Shown here piece by piece: positions 48,648 through 57,199 of a stretch of 64,000 nt of DNA (position 1 is its first letter; every line of letters begins with the position of its first letter). The DNA comes from a virus. The notes beneath the pieces were generated by a model, which saw nothing but the letters and a program-made list of their open reading frames with translations, did not search any database and was not told where the DNA came from. The stretch lies in the IMG/VR virus record IMGVR_UViG_3300043331_000919, positions 15,507 to 79,506 of that record, one strand, 5' to 3'. The translations under genes and the position numbers were made by a program.

Positions 48648-48971
48648 TCATCGGGTGATCGTGATGCCGCGCGCGGTGGCCCGATCCAACGCTTCGGCGA
48701 GGTGCGCGTCGACGCGGGTGATGCCGAAGACGAGGCCCGACTTGTAGTCCGAGCCCTCGTCCGAGCGGCGCGCGATCACCGTGTTGTCGCAGGCGTACAG
48801 GTCGTACTCCTCGAACTGGCCGAGGAAGGTGCAGCCGTCGCAGTCGTGCACGTAGCGCGGCTGGCGACTCAGGTGGCGCCGCTCCGCGATCAGCGCGACC
48901 GCGAAGACCACGATCACTGCTGCGATCCACCAGCGCAGGTCGTGCGCGGCCTGCAGGAAGTTCTCCAGCAT
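48648..48971 (-). CDS. Membrane-anchored protein
   Basis: WWIAAVIVVFAVALIA then HDCDGC. Confidence 0.55.
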   Translation of the reverse strand: MLENFLQAAHDLRWWIAAVIVVFAVALIAERRHLSRQPRYVHDCDGCTFLGQFEEYDLYACDNTVIARRSDEGSDYKSGLVFGITRVDAHLAEALDRATARGITITR

Positions 48972-49909
48972 CAGCCCTCCCGGGGCATGTAGTCGCCGGG
49001 GTTCACGGCGTTCTCCAGCAGGCCGCGGAGCAGGCCCGCGAGCGTGTGGTCGATGTCCGCGGCGACGGCGAGGTCGTGGGCGACCCAGGCCAGCGCGCCG
49101 TGGCCGGCGCACCAGGCCGCCATGCCGAGCAGGGCCGCGGGACTGGCCCGGAACTCCTCCGGCGTGCGGCGCACGACCTCGGACCAGAACTCGACCCGGT
49201 CGCGCGCGTTCTCGCGATCCATGTCGTGCCACGCGGCGTCGCGCAGGTCGTTGGCACCCTGCACGTCGGCGATCAGCGCGATCAGCGTGTCGTCGTCCAG
49301 CGGGACGCCGGCCGCGTGCTGTTCGACGCAGGCAGCGACCGTCTCGCGCACCCAGCGGGCGTCCATCGGGGTGACCCCGGTGGCGCGGCGCTCCATGGTC
49401 TCGATGTACTCCAGGATCCGGAGCTCGGGGAGCACGTCGCGCGGCTTCAGCGCCTCCCCGAGTTGCTCCCGGGAGCCGTGCATCACGCGACCGTCAGCGA
49501 CGGCCTGCGCGGTGAAGGCGTGCACGGAGGAGTCCGGGACGGGCTGCGGCATGGCCTCGGGGTCTGTGAGGCGCGAGAAGGTCACGCCGTCGGTGACCAG
49601 CGCGTCCACCACCTCGATCCCGGCGCGGGTGAAGGCTTCCACGAGCGCGTCGAACGCGGCGGAAGCCTGCCGGCGCGCGGCGGTGTAGTGCACGAACAGG
49701 ACCCGCGGGACGTTGTGCTGCCGCGAGGGCTCCAGCAGCGCGCGGATCGTCTCCTCGCGGTCGCGCTCGTCGTACGGGTGGTCGATTCGGGCGTGGAACG
49801 GCACCGCGCCGAACGTCATCATGACGATCGACTCCGCGGGCTGGAAGCCCATGACGACGGGGACCGCGGCGAGGATGTCGGCGGGCGTGCGGATGCTGAG
49901 GGTGGTCAT
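48971..49909 (-). CDS. DUF4192-like protein
   Basis: PADILAAVPVVMGFQPAESIV...LRDAAW...AAWCAGHGALA. Confidence 0.75.
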   Translation of the reverse strand: MTTLSIRTPADILAAVPVVMGFQPAESIVMMTFGAVPFHARIDHPYDERDREETIRALLEPSRQHNVPRVLFVHYTAARRQASAAFDALVEAFTRAGIEVVDALVTDGVTFSRLTDPEAMPQPVPDSSVHAFTAQAVADGRVMHGSREQLGEALKPRDVLPELRILEYIETMERRATGVTPMDARWVRETVAACVEQHAAGVPLDDDTLIALIADVQGANDLRDAAWHDMDRENARDRVEFWSEVVRRTPEEFRASPAALLGMAAWCAGHGALAWVAHDLAVAADIDHTLAGLLRGLLENAVNPGDYMPREG

Positions 49910-50146
49910 GCGGTGGATCCTTCCGTGGTGACGAGATAGGGACGATCGTCGATCGTGGTGACCTTCGTGACGTTGACGATGTACTCGTCGACGCCGGCCT
50001 CCTCGATCGCGCGCTGCAGGATGGGCGTGATGACGTCGTCGGGCTCCATGTCGTCGACGACGACGCGGGTGAAGTCGTCTCCACCCTCGGGATGCACCTC
50101 GACGTAGGCGAGGCCGCCGGAGCGCTGCGTGACGTAGCAGAGCAGC

Positions 50147-50368
50147 TCAGCCATGGAGCATCCTGTGCGCGCGTCGATGCGTGACGTACACGACCTTCCC
50201 CGACTTGCGCCGGATGAAGGACTTGCCGGAGCCGTTGCCCATGTGGCGCGCGTCCCAGACGCACGGCCCGGGGGTGTCCTCGTTGGCGCACGGCTTCCAG
50301 TCTCGGGCGCTCGCCGGCGTGGCGAGCAGGGTGCTGGCCATGACCAGCGCGGCAACGAGCGTTCTCAT
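50147..50368 (-). CDS. Small secreted protein
   Basis: Signal peptide; PCANED..PCVWDARHMGNGSGKSF. Confidence 0.6.
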   Translation of the reverse strand: MRTLVAALVMASTLLATPASARDWKPCANEDTPGPCVWDARHMGNGSGKSFIRRKSGKVVYVTHRRAHRMLHG

Positions 50369-50760
50369 GCGGTTCTCCCGGCGTGCGAGCGGCCGAAGGA
50401 CTCCTCGGCGCGCGACGGATGGTTGATCGCCCAGGTGGCGAGGCAGTCGAGCGATCGCGCGTCGTCTGCGTGAAGGTTCGGGTGGTCGAGCCGGATCTGC
50501 CGGATCTCACCCAGGAGGCTCACCAGCGAGCACGACTTGCCCTCCGCGAGCCGGTCGAACGCGGTGTAGCCCGCGCTGGCCCACCACTCGCCGATCGTGA
50601 CGGCGGTGGAGTCGGTGATCTCGTAGCGCTCCGGCAGCGGCGCGGTCTGCGCGAGCACGCGCGCGATGTCGTCGTGCGCGAGCGCGGTCGGCGAGATCTG
50701 CGGTCGGTAGTCCTGCGGCCGGGCCGCGGGCGCGATCGTGTCGACGACGGTCTTCACCAT
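50365..50760 (-). CDS. Hypothetical protein
   Basis: Coupled ORF. Confidence 0.5.
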   Translation of the reverse strand: MVKTVVDTIAPAARPQDYRPQISPTALAHDDIARVLAQTAPLPERYEITDSTAVTIGEWWASAGYTAFDRLAEGKSCSLVSLLGEIRQIRLDHPNLHADDARSLDCLATWAINHPSRAEESFGRSHAGRTA

Positions 50761-51125
50761 GAGCCGCTCCAGTCTTCGAGGGGTTCGCGCACCCACGCGT
50801 AAACCTCGCGGTTCGACGCGAGCGGGATGCCGGCGTCGATCGCGTTGCAGGCGAGCTGCTGGCGCTCCAGGAACGTCGCCACGTCGTAGCGCGCGGTGTC
50901 CAGCGCGACCCGGGCGAGCGGGCTGCCGTCCTCGCAGGGTCCGCAGATCGGGTCGTAGTCGACCCAGAGGTTCGTGCCGTGGAAGCAAACTTCCGGGCGG
51001 TAGCCCTGTGCAGCCATGTCACGGCAGTACTCCTCGTACTGGCGCTGGCGCTCCTTCAGGGCCTTCAGGCGCTGCAGCGCGATGCGCATCACGAGCGGGC
51101 GGGTGTGTGCGGGGATCGTCGTCAT
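50754..51125 (-). CDS. Hypothetical protein (CFHGTNLWVDYDPICGPCEDG)
   Basis: RBS GGAGGTGA. Confidence 0.6.
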   Translation of the reverse strand: MTTIPAHTRPLVMRIALQRLKALKERQRQYEEYCRDMAAQGYRPEVCFHGTNLWVDYDPICGPCEDGSPLARVALDTARYDVATFLERQQLACNAIDAGIPLASNREVYAWVREPLEDWSGSW

Positions 51126-51857
51126 GACGTCACCTCCGGGCATGTGTGGCCGCGGAAGGCGTGCCACGGCGAGTCGGGGATCGAGACGGTGCCCATCCAG
51201 GCGCACTCGGCGCACCAGACGAGGGCGGTGTCGTTGTCGATGGGCTGCGTGACCATGGAGGTTCGCAGCGGCGCGCTGGTGGTGCTCATGACGTCACCCA
51301 GACGACGCCGATGGCACGGCGCGCCTGCGCGCGGGTGATGCGCGGGTCGGACATGCCCGGTGTGCACCAGTCGAGGCGCGAGATTCGGGCGATGAGCGGG
51401 GTCATGGCCAGCTGCGTGAAGGCAGCGGCACGCCCCTGCGTGTGGAACGAGATGAGGTCGAGGATGTGGTCGTGCTCGGGCATGCCGCTGCCTCCTTCGC
51501 TGGGTCGGCGTGTGAACGGACGTTGAGATCTGCGTGAGGTGCCGGGCTGGGCGCCTCCTCTCGCGGGGTCCGAGGCTGGACGTGTGGACATGGGCCTGTA
51601 ATCCGTCAGGTGAGCCGGCCCTGGCGCGGTGCGCCGTCGCTTCGTGTGTGCGCGCGCGGATCCGGGTTCAGCGATCGCAACGATCGGCCCGCAGTTCCTC
51701 CGGCGGCTATGCAGTTGTGTGCCCGTCTCGCGACGCGTTGGCCATGCGCACACCAGCCGGCGTCGGGCCGGCAAGGTTCCCCCGGTCGCGGGTGTGCGCA
51801 GCGTCGTGCAGCGCGACCGGGCAGGGATGGTTGACCATCAGATCCTCCTTCCGTGCG

Positions 51858-51934
51858 TGCGCCTGGCAGGAGTCGAACCTGCACCGGGAGACTGTCCGGT
51901 TCCGGGGCCGGCGGCTACGCGCGCCGGCAGGCGC
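51858..51934 (-). ncRNA. Non-canonical tRNA-like cloverleaf
   Basis: 7-bp GCGCCTG/CAGGCGC stem plus discriminator A, T-arm GCAGG-TTCGACT-CCTGC, two atypical arms; 77 nt. Confidence 0.55.
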
Positions 51935-51974
51935 TCCGGTGGGCGTGCGTGTGCACGCCCACCGGTGGAGCAGG

Positions 51975-52370
51975 TCAGCCCTCGCGGCTGTCCTCGAAGC
52001 CCTGGAGCACGGCGGCGAGGAAGTCCTTCGCCTCCTTGCCCGTGAGCTTCAGGTCGGCGATGTCCTTCCTCGCCTGGTCGACGATCGGCTCGCGCTCGGC
52101 CTTGCGAGCCTTGTGCGTGATCGTCACGCTGACGGTGTAGTCCTCACCGTCGACGGTCACGGGCAGGCCAGCAGCGCTGTGCCCCACCCAGGCCGAGGTC
52201 TTGCTCGGCTCCTGCGTGGTCTCCGTGACGAGGGCGGTGACCAGTTCCGTGGCCATCTGCCCGTAGCGCTGGGCAGCAGCGAGCTGCACCAGCTTCTCCG
52301 CCTCGCGGGCCTCCTTCAGCATGGCCTGGAGCTCGGCGGCGGTGTACCCGTTCACGACGGTCTGCGTCAT
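51975..52370 (-). CDS. Hypothetical protein
   Basis: RBS GAAGGGAAAG; strong codon bias. Confidence 0.65.
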   Translation of the reverse strand: MTQTVVNGYTAAELQAMLKEAREAEKLVQLAAAQRYGQMATELVTALVTETTQEPSKTSAWVGHSAAGLPVTVDGEDYTVSVTITHKARKAEREPIVDQARKDIADLKLTGKEAKDFLAAVLQGFEDSREG

Positions 52371-52549
52371 GACACTTTCCCTTCGGTGCGTCGCCGCGTC
52401 CCCGTTGGACGTGGCGCCATGGACGCACGCCGAACTAGCGCGCGCGACCATGGCCCGATGGGCGGGTGTGTCCGAGAATTTCTCGGTGGGCCTGCGTGTG
52501 CAGACCTAGCACCCGGGCAGGGTTCGACCCCTGGCCGGGCTAACGCGCG

Positions 52550-52897
52550 TTACGCCGCGCGCGAGGCGTTGCCCGAGGTGTTCGTGTGGCACCGCGGGCA
52601 GGCGTCCGTGATCCCGTGCGTGAACACGGCGGACTCACACGCGTGGCAGTCCCAGTCGAACATGTCGACTCGGGCAGCCAGGGCAGCTCTGTGCGTGTGG
52701 ACTTGCTGGACAAGCCAGTCCGGGTAGAGCTCCGGGCGTGTGCGGATCCGGAACAGCTCGTGCTCGGGCGGGATCCCAAGCGAGACGTTCCGCTGGCGTC
52801 CCGTGTACGGACGCGGGCCGGGGGCAGGCGTGTGCCGCACGGTGAGTGCGTCAGGCCCGTCCTCCAGCTTGTCCAGGAACGCGGCTATCCGTTGCAT
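52550..52897 (-). CDS. Zinc-ribbon hypothetical protein
   Basis: RBS GGAGGGTGA; CHAC...CPRC. Confidence 0.55.
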   Translation of the reverse strand: MQRIAAFLDKLEDGPDALTVRHTPAPGPRPYTGRQRNVSLGIPPEHELFRIRTRPELYPDWLVQQVHTHRAALAARVDMFDWDCHACESAVFTHGITDACPRCHTNTSGNASRAA

Positions 52898-53006
52898 GGT
52901 CACCCTCCGATCCGTCCCCGCATCCCTAGCGGGGACCACGGCGACGCACGGGCGAGCCGTGCGTCACTGTGGCGTGACGATCGGACCGGGCGACCGGGCC
53001 GGACAA

Positions 53007-53230
53007 CTAGCAACGTGACCGGCAGCCCGTTAGGGACCACGGTCACCGGCTCGCCCCGGTGAGAGTTTCACCGGGCGAGCCGCTCACACCTAGCAACGTG
53101 ACCGGGTCACCGTTAGGGACCACGGCAGCGTCACCGGCGAGCCGTTGCGCGTCACCGTTGCGACAGGGACTCTCACCCCGTCGCAACGGCGACACCTAGC
53201 AACGTGACCCGGCAGCCGCTAGGGACCACG
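53007..53230. repeat. Three ~36-bp direct repeats separated by hairpins
   Basis: CTAGCAACGTGACC-N-CCG(T/C)TAGGGACCACG at 53007, 53090 and 53196. Confidence 0.9.
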
Positions 53231-53293
53231 ACCCCCAAACGACAGTCGCCCCGGTCCCCACGACGGGGGACCGGGGCGACCGGGACGGGGCGA

Positions 53294-54910
53294 CTACCGG
53301 AGACGGACCGGGATCGTCGGGCCCGTGTTGCTGCCGGGACGCTTACGCGGCGACGGGGCGACAGCGAACGACCGGACCGGGGCGTCCGGCTCACCGGCGA
53401 CACGGTCGCTCGCCGGTGCCGGTGCCGTGCCGTCCCTGCCCGTCTCGCCGTAGCCCGTGCCCTCCCCGGCGTAGGCGCCACGGACGACCGGGACCGTCTC
53501 GGAGGTGACCTCACCGTCCGGCGTGACGTAATCGACCGTCGCCGTCTCACGGACCGGGGCGAGCGCGTCCCGTTCGGCATCCGTCATGGCTCGCCGGGTC
53601 ACGACGCCGTCCGGACGGGTCACCGTCACCGTGTCCGTGTCCGGCGTACCCGTGGTGACCGGCAGCCGCTCGCCGGTGACCCGGGCGACCGGACCGGCAG
53701 CGGGGACCGTGGCGACCATGCGACGAGTGACCGTCACGCGCTCGCCGATCATGCGACCCGTCTCCGGTGCGTCCGGCACGTTCGCCGGGTCCGGTGCCGG
53801 TGCCACGGGACCGTGAGTCCACAGCGGCAGCCCGGGCACCGGCAGCACGACGGACGACCCGCCATAGACCGGGACGGACCGTCCCCACGGGTCCGGCACG
53901 GCGCCCCCGGCGTCCCTGGCCACGACGGACCCCGGCGTCCCGTAGGTGGCAGCCTCACGACGCCGGGCGACCGTCTCGCCGTGCCGCATGGCGGCAGCGG
54001 CAGCGGCAGCCTCACGACGGGCACGGGACGCCGCTCGCCGGTCTGCCGGGACCGGGACGACCGGACCGGCGAGCCGGACCGACGACGACACGTCACGGGC
54101 GACCGTGGCGACCGGCGAGACGTACCGGGTCACCGTGCGAGCGTCGTCGTTCCCGGCAGCCCGGGCGAACGACCCGGGACCACGGGTGACCATGGCGGCG
54201 AGCCATGCCGGGACCGACGACGGGGGAACCGACAGGACCGGGGCGACGGCGTCGCTCACCCGTGCCACGACGGCAGCGTCGTGCCGGGTCATGCGGCGTG
54301 CGTCGGGTGTCTTCGGACCGTGCCCGGCGGCGTGCGCACGGATCCCGGCGAGCGTCAGACGACCGGGACGGGTGCCCGGCGTCTGGCAGCGCTCGCACGA
54401 CGCCGGGTCATGGGCGAGCCATGCGGCAGCAATGCCCTGCCACGACCGGACCACATTGCCGGGCAGGGCTGCCACGGCAGCGGCGGCACGAGTCTCCGGT
54501 GACCCGACCACGACCGACGCCGGGTCACACCCGCCGGACCATGTTGCGACCCGGGTCCGGACGGCGTCGGACTCGTCGTCAAGGGACACCGTCCCGGCAG
54601 CCACGGCAGCGGCAGCCGTCGCCACGGTCTGACGGGCGAGCCGGACGGCGAGCGCTACGGCGTGAGCGTCGTCCCGGGTCGTCTCCCGCATGGCGAGCCG
54701 TGCCACGGTCATTAGGGCGACCCCGGCGACTGCCGACACGTCGAGATCGGGCGACGGCGACGCCGCAACGGCAGCGACGACGGCATCCCTGAGCCGGTAC
54801 GACCGGGCCGGGTCGGAAGTGAACATGTCCCGGTGAGCGGCAACGTCGGACGGGGCGACCGACCGAAGTGCCGACAGGGCGACCGTGGCAGCCCTGCCCT
54901 GCCCGGTCAT
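53294..54910 (-). CDS. 538-aa Ala/Val/Arg/Thr-rich protein of unknown function
   Basis: Long ORF, ATGA-coupled to the upstream gene, followed by a strong hairpin. Confidence 0.65.
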   Translation of the reverse strand: MTGQGRAATVALSALRSVAPSDVAAHRDMFTSDPARSYRLRDAVVAAVAASPSPDLDVSAVAGVALMTVARLAMRETTRDDAHAVALAVRLARQTVATAAAAVAAGTVSLDDESDAVRTRVATWSGGCDPASVVVGSPETRAAAAVAALPGNVVRSWQGIAAAWLAHDPASCERCQTPGTRPGRLTLAGIRAHAAGHGPKTPDARRMTRHDAAVVARVSDAVAPVLSVPPSSVPAWLAAMVTRGPGSFARAAGNDDARTVTRYVSPVATVARDVSSSVRLAGPVVPVPADRRAASRARREAAAAAAAMRHGETVARRREAATYGTPGSVVARDAGGAVPDPWGRSVPVYGGSSVVLPVPGLPLWTHGPVAPAPDPANVPDAPETGRMIGERVTVTRRMVATVPAAGPVARVTGERLPVTTGTPDTDTVTVTRPDGVVTRRAMTDAERDALAPVRETATVDYVTPDGEVTSETVPVVRGAYAGEGTGYGETGRDGTAPAPASDRVAGEPDAPVRSFAVAPSPRKRPGSNTGPTIPVRLR

Positions 54911-55104
54911 GCCGTCACCGTCGCAACGGCAGCGGCGAGCGGACCGAACGACGACACCGGCAGGGCGACGACGGCACCGGTCAGACCGAACGACCCGACG
55001 AGAGTCAGACCACGGTGAGCGGCGACGGTGAACGGCAGACCGGTCGCGAGGTGAGTCACGACATAGGGCGAGACGACCCGGGTCGTCTGGTGAGTGAGTC
55101 GCAT
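54907..55104 (-). CDS. Small hydrophobic protein
   Basis: RBS GAAGGGA; first gene of the leftward arm. Confidence 0.5.
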   Translation of the reverse strand: MRLTHQTTRVVSPYVVTHLATGLPFTVAAHRGLTLVGSFGLTGAVVALPVSSFGPLAAAVATVTA

Positions 55105-55204
55105 GGCGACATCCCTTCAGTGAGCGGCAGCCCGTTGCTGCCGGTGCCCTGATTGGAACACGGACCGGGGGACAGGGACAGGGATAGGGACCACGGCACC
55201 GGTG

Positions 55205-55309
55205 ACCGGTCTAGACCAGGCACTGCCGGCAACGGTGGACTAGACCGGGGTTGACGAGTAGGGCACCGGCCGTCCTGTCAAGTGAAGCACCGGAGCTGTC
55301 TAGACCACC
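55205..55309. promoter_or_regulatory. Three DasR-element-like sites
   Basis: ACCGGTCTAGACCAGG (55205), GGTGGACTAGACCGGG (55234), AGCTGTCTAGACCACC (55294). Confidence 0.5.
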
Positions 55310-55319
55310 CCCCCCGTTT

Positions 55320-55335
55320 TCGAACAGCTGTTCGA
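55320..55335. promoter_or_regulatory. LexA (SOS) box
   Basis: Perfect TCGAAC-AGCT-GTTCGA in the intergenic region. Confidence 0.65.
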
Positions 55336-55494
55336 GGCCGGCGGTCGGCTGCTACGGCAGCCCCCCTCTCGCGATAAGGCCCGATCCGGAAACCGGGTTC
55401 GGGTTTGAACGCGCGTTGGCAACACGGGTGCTTGACGGGGAAGATATGCTCGCCAAGCCGCAGCGGAGCAAGAGCGCCGGCGAATCAGGCCCGA

Positions 55495-55755
55495 TCAGAA
55501 CGGGCGTTCAGGCCACCACGCGCATCTCGGACACCAGTCGGCGTCGGTCCTGCGCCAGCCCGGAGTGCCGGGTTCGGCGGTCGCCCCGCAACTGCAGACG
55601 AGTCGGTCGCAGGCTCCGCAGGTCACATCGTCGGGGTCGGGGCTGAGGTAGCCGGCCACCGCGGGGTCGTCGGCCCGGCGCCCGCAGGCGGTGGTGTTGT
55701 CGACGAGCAACAGGTGGATCTTGCGGCGGTGAGCCGGGGTGGCCTTGCGGCTCAC
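55495..55755 (-). CDS. Small Cys-rich protein
   Basis: H...ACG...VTCGAC...CSC...CPRC. Confidence 0.55.
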   Translation of the reverse strand: MSRKATPAHRRKIHLLLVDNTTACGRRADDPAVAGYLSPDPDDVTCGACDRLVCSCGATAEPGTPGWRRTDADWCPRCAWWPERPF

Positions 55756-55967
55756 AGCTGCTCGGCCTCGACCCGGCGGATCCGAAGCACGGTCTCGACG
55801 AGCCTGGCCCGCTGGCTGAAGGCGAGCACCAGGGCGGCGCGGATGATCTCGGTGCGGGTGACGGGGTTCCGGCCGCCGAGCTCGACGGTGATCTCGGCGG
55901 CGAGGTCGTCGAGGTGCGTCACTCCGGCGTTGCTGAGGCGGGCGTTGATCAGTCGTCGAGCAGCCAT
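55752..55967 (-). CDS. Ribbon-helix-helix DNA-binding protein
   Basis: RLINARLS strand, LDDLAAE helix, VTRTEIIRAAL helix. Confidence 0.7.
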   Translation of the reverse strand: MAARRLINARLSNAGVTHLDDLAAEITVELGGRNPVTRTEIIRAALVLAFSQRARLVETVLRIRRVEAEQL

Positions 55968-56036
55968 AAACGTAAGATACACCGTATATCGCGTAAGACG
56001 TTGCTTCCGGACCCACAGCCGTGTGATTCTGGACCG

Positions 56037-56291
56037 GTGAACCACACCCCGCTGCTGCACCTCCTCGCCTGCAAGCTCCGCCGGCCGGTGATCCGGTTCT
56101 ACGACCCGACCGGCGGCGACCCGTTCCTCGGCGGCCCGGTCTGGTGGGCGGTCTGCGCCCACTGCCAGGAGCGGCTGACCGGTCGTCGCGCCGAGCGCGC
56201 GCTGGCCTACGCCCTCCGGGCTGCCCGCTACCGGGAGGCCCGGCGGCTCGCCGGGTGCGGCGACGAGACCTGCACCGAGGCCCACCCGTGA
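56037..56291 (+). CDS. Zinc-binding hypothetical protein
   Basis: CAHC; GCGDETCTEAH. Confidence 0.5.
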   Translation: MNHTPLLHLLACKLRRPVIRFYDPTGGDPFLGGPVWWAVCAHCQERLTGRRAERALAYALRAARYREARRLAGCGDETCTEAHP

Positions 56292-56551
56292 TCAGCGAGT
56301 CCGGCGACGGACGCCGGATCCTCCGACTCGCCCAGCGAGTGATGGTGGCGCCCCTCTCGCCCGCGGAGGCGGAGATCGCCCCCAAGGGCACCACGGTGCT
56401 CGTCGGCGCGATCGTCGGCTTCGAGAGGCGAGCCAACCTCACGCTCGTCGAGATCGAGCACGGCGGCTACTCCTGCATGATCCCCTTCCCGCGGGTCCGG
56501 ACGCTCGACCTGTCCACCCGGGCCGGAGCGGAGGCGTTCCTCGATGCTTAG
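56288..56551 (+). CDS. SH3-like protein, C-terminal tag (DLSTRAGAEAFLDA)
   Basis: GTGA overlap. Confidence 0.65.
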   Translation: MISESGDGRRILRLAQRVMVAPLSPAEAEIAPKGTTVLVGAIVGFERRANLTLVEIEHGGYSCMIPFPRVRTLDLSTRAGAEAFLDA

Positions 56552-56741
56552 GCCTGGACTGCTCGTCTACTACGACACCCCGTCGGGACGGGTGAAGGTG
56601 GGGACCATCACCCACATCACCGACTTCGAGATGGCGCACCTCCGCCTTGGATCCGCGACCTCGCTGATGGCCAAGGTGGCGGACCTGAGGCCGGTGGACC
56701 TGTCTAGTCGCCGGGGGGCAGAGGAGTTCCTCGATGCCTAG
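56544..56741 (+). CDS. KOW/SH3-like protein, C-terminal tag (DLSSRRGAEEFLDA)
   Basis: MLRPGLLVYY. Confidence 0.65.
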   Translation: MLRPGLLVYYDTPSGRVKVGTITHITDFEMAHLRLGSATSLMAKVADLRPVDLSSRRGAEEFLDA

Positions 56742-56961
56742 GCTCCGGGTCGGCCAGCCGGTCGTCGTCGACCACCACGGCCACCCCGATCTCCAGCAGG
56801 GCGAGGTGGTCTTCGTCTGCGCGGTGGGCCCTGACGGACTGAAGGCCAACGTCGCCCGCGGCCACTCGACCTTCGAGGCTGCGTTCACGATCCGCGCCAC
56901 CCACCTGAAGACGCTCGACCTGAGCACGCGCGCCGGCGCCGAGGAGTTCCTCGATGACTGA
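56734..56961 (+). CDS. KOW/SH3-like protein, C-terminal tag (DLSTRAGAEEFLDD)
   Basis: LRVGQPVVV. Confidence 0.65.
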   Translation: MPRLRVGQPVVVDHHGHPDLQQGEVVFVCAVGPDGLKANVARGHSTFEAAFTIRATHLKTLDLSTRAGAEEFLDD

Positions 56962-57199
56962 CTGGCGCAGCGTCTGCGGGAGGTGTGGCCGGACGATCGG
57001 CCGCGCCGCCCAGACGCAGACTCTCGAAGGCGTGACCGAGTGGGCCTACTTCGATGCGTCGAACGGCGAGGGCCTGTGCCGCGACCCGGAGCGACCGCGC
57101 CTGCCAGCCCGTCCGAATGTCGCCGTACGACGGCACTACCCGGTCGAGCTCCCGGACCTGCAGGACTCGACCGCCGTGGAGGAGTGGCTGGATGCGTGA
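56954..57199 (+). CDS. Zinc-finger protein, C-terminal tag (PDLQDSTAVEEWLDA)
   Basis: CGRCGRTI...C...H. Confidence 0.65.
   Translation: MTDWRSVCGRCGRTIGRAAQTQTLEGVTEWAYFDASNGEGLCRDPERPRLPARPNVAVRRHYPVELPDLQDSTAVEEWLDA

Noticed and set aside
51858-51934. Functional decoding tRNA
   Set aside because: It lacks U8, the D-loop GG, a 7-nt anticodon loop and CCA; kept only as tRNA-like.
53007-53230. CRISPR array
   Set aside because: Only three repeats with variable centres; spacers are unequal (47 and 70 nt) and are themselves hairpins; no cas operon (the Cas4-like gene is a standalone phage nuclease 37 kb away).
53204-54502. 432-aa + strand ORF
   Set aside because: Arg-rich shadow of the minus-strand 538-aa ORF, which has start coupling and a downstream hairpin.
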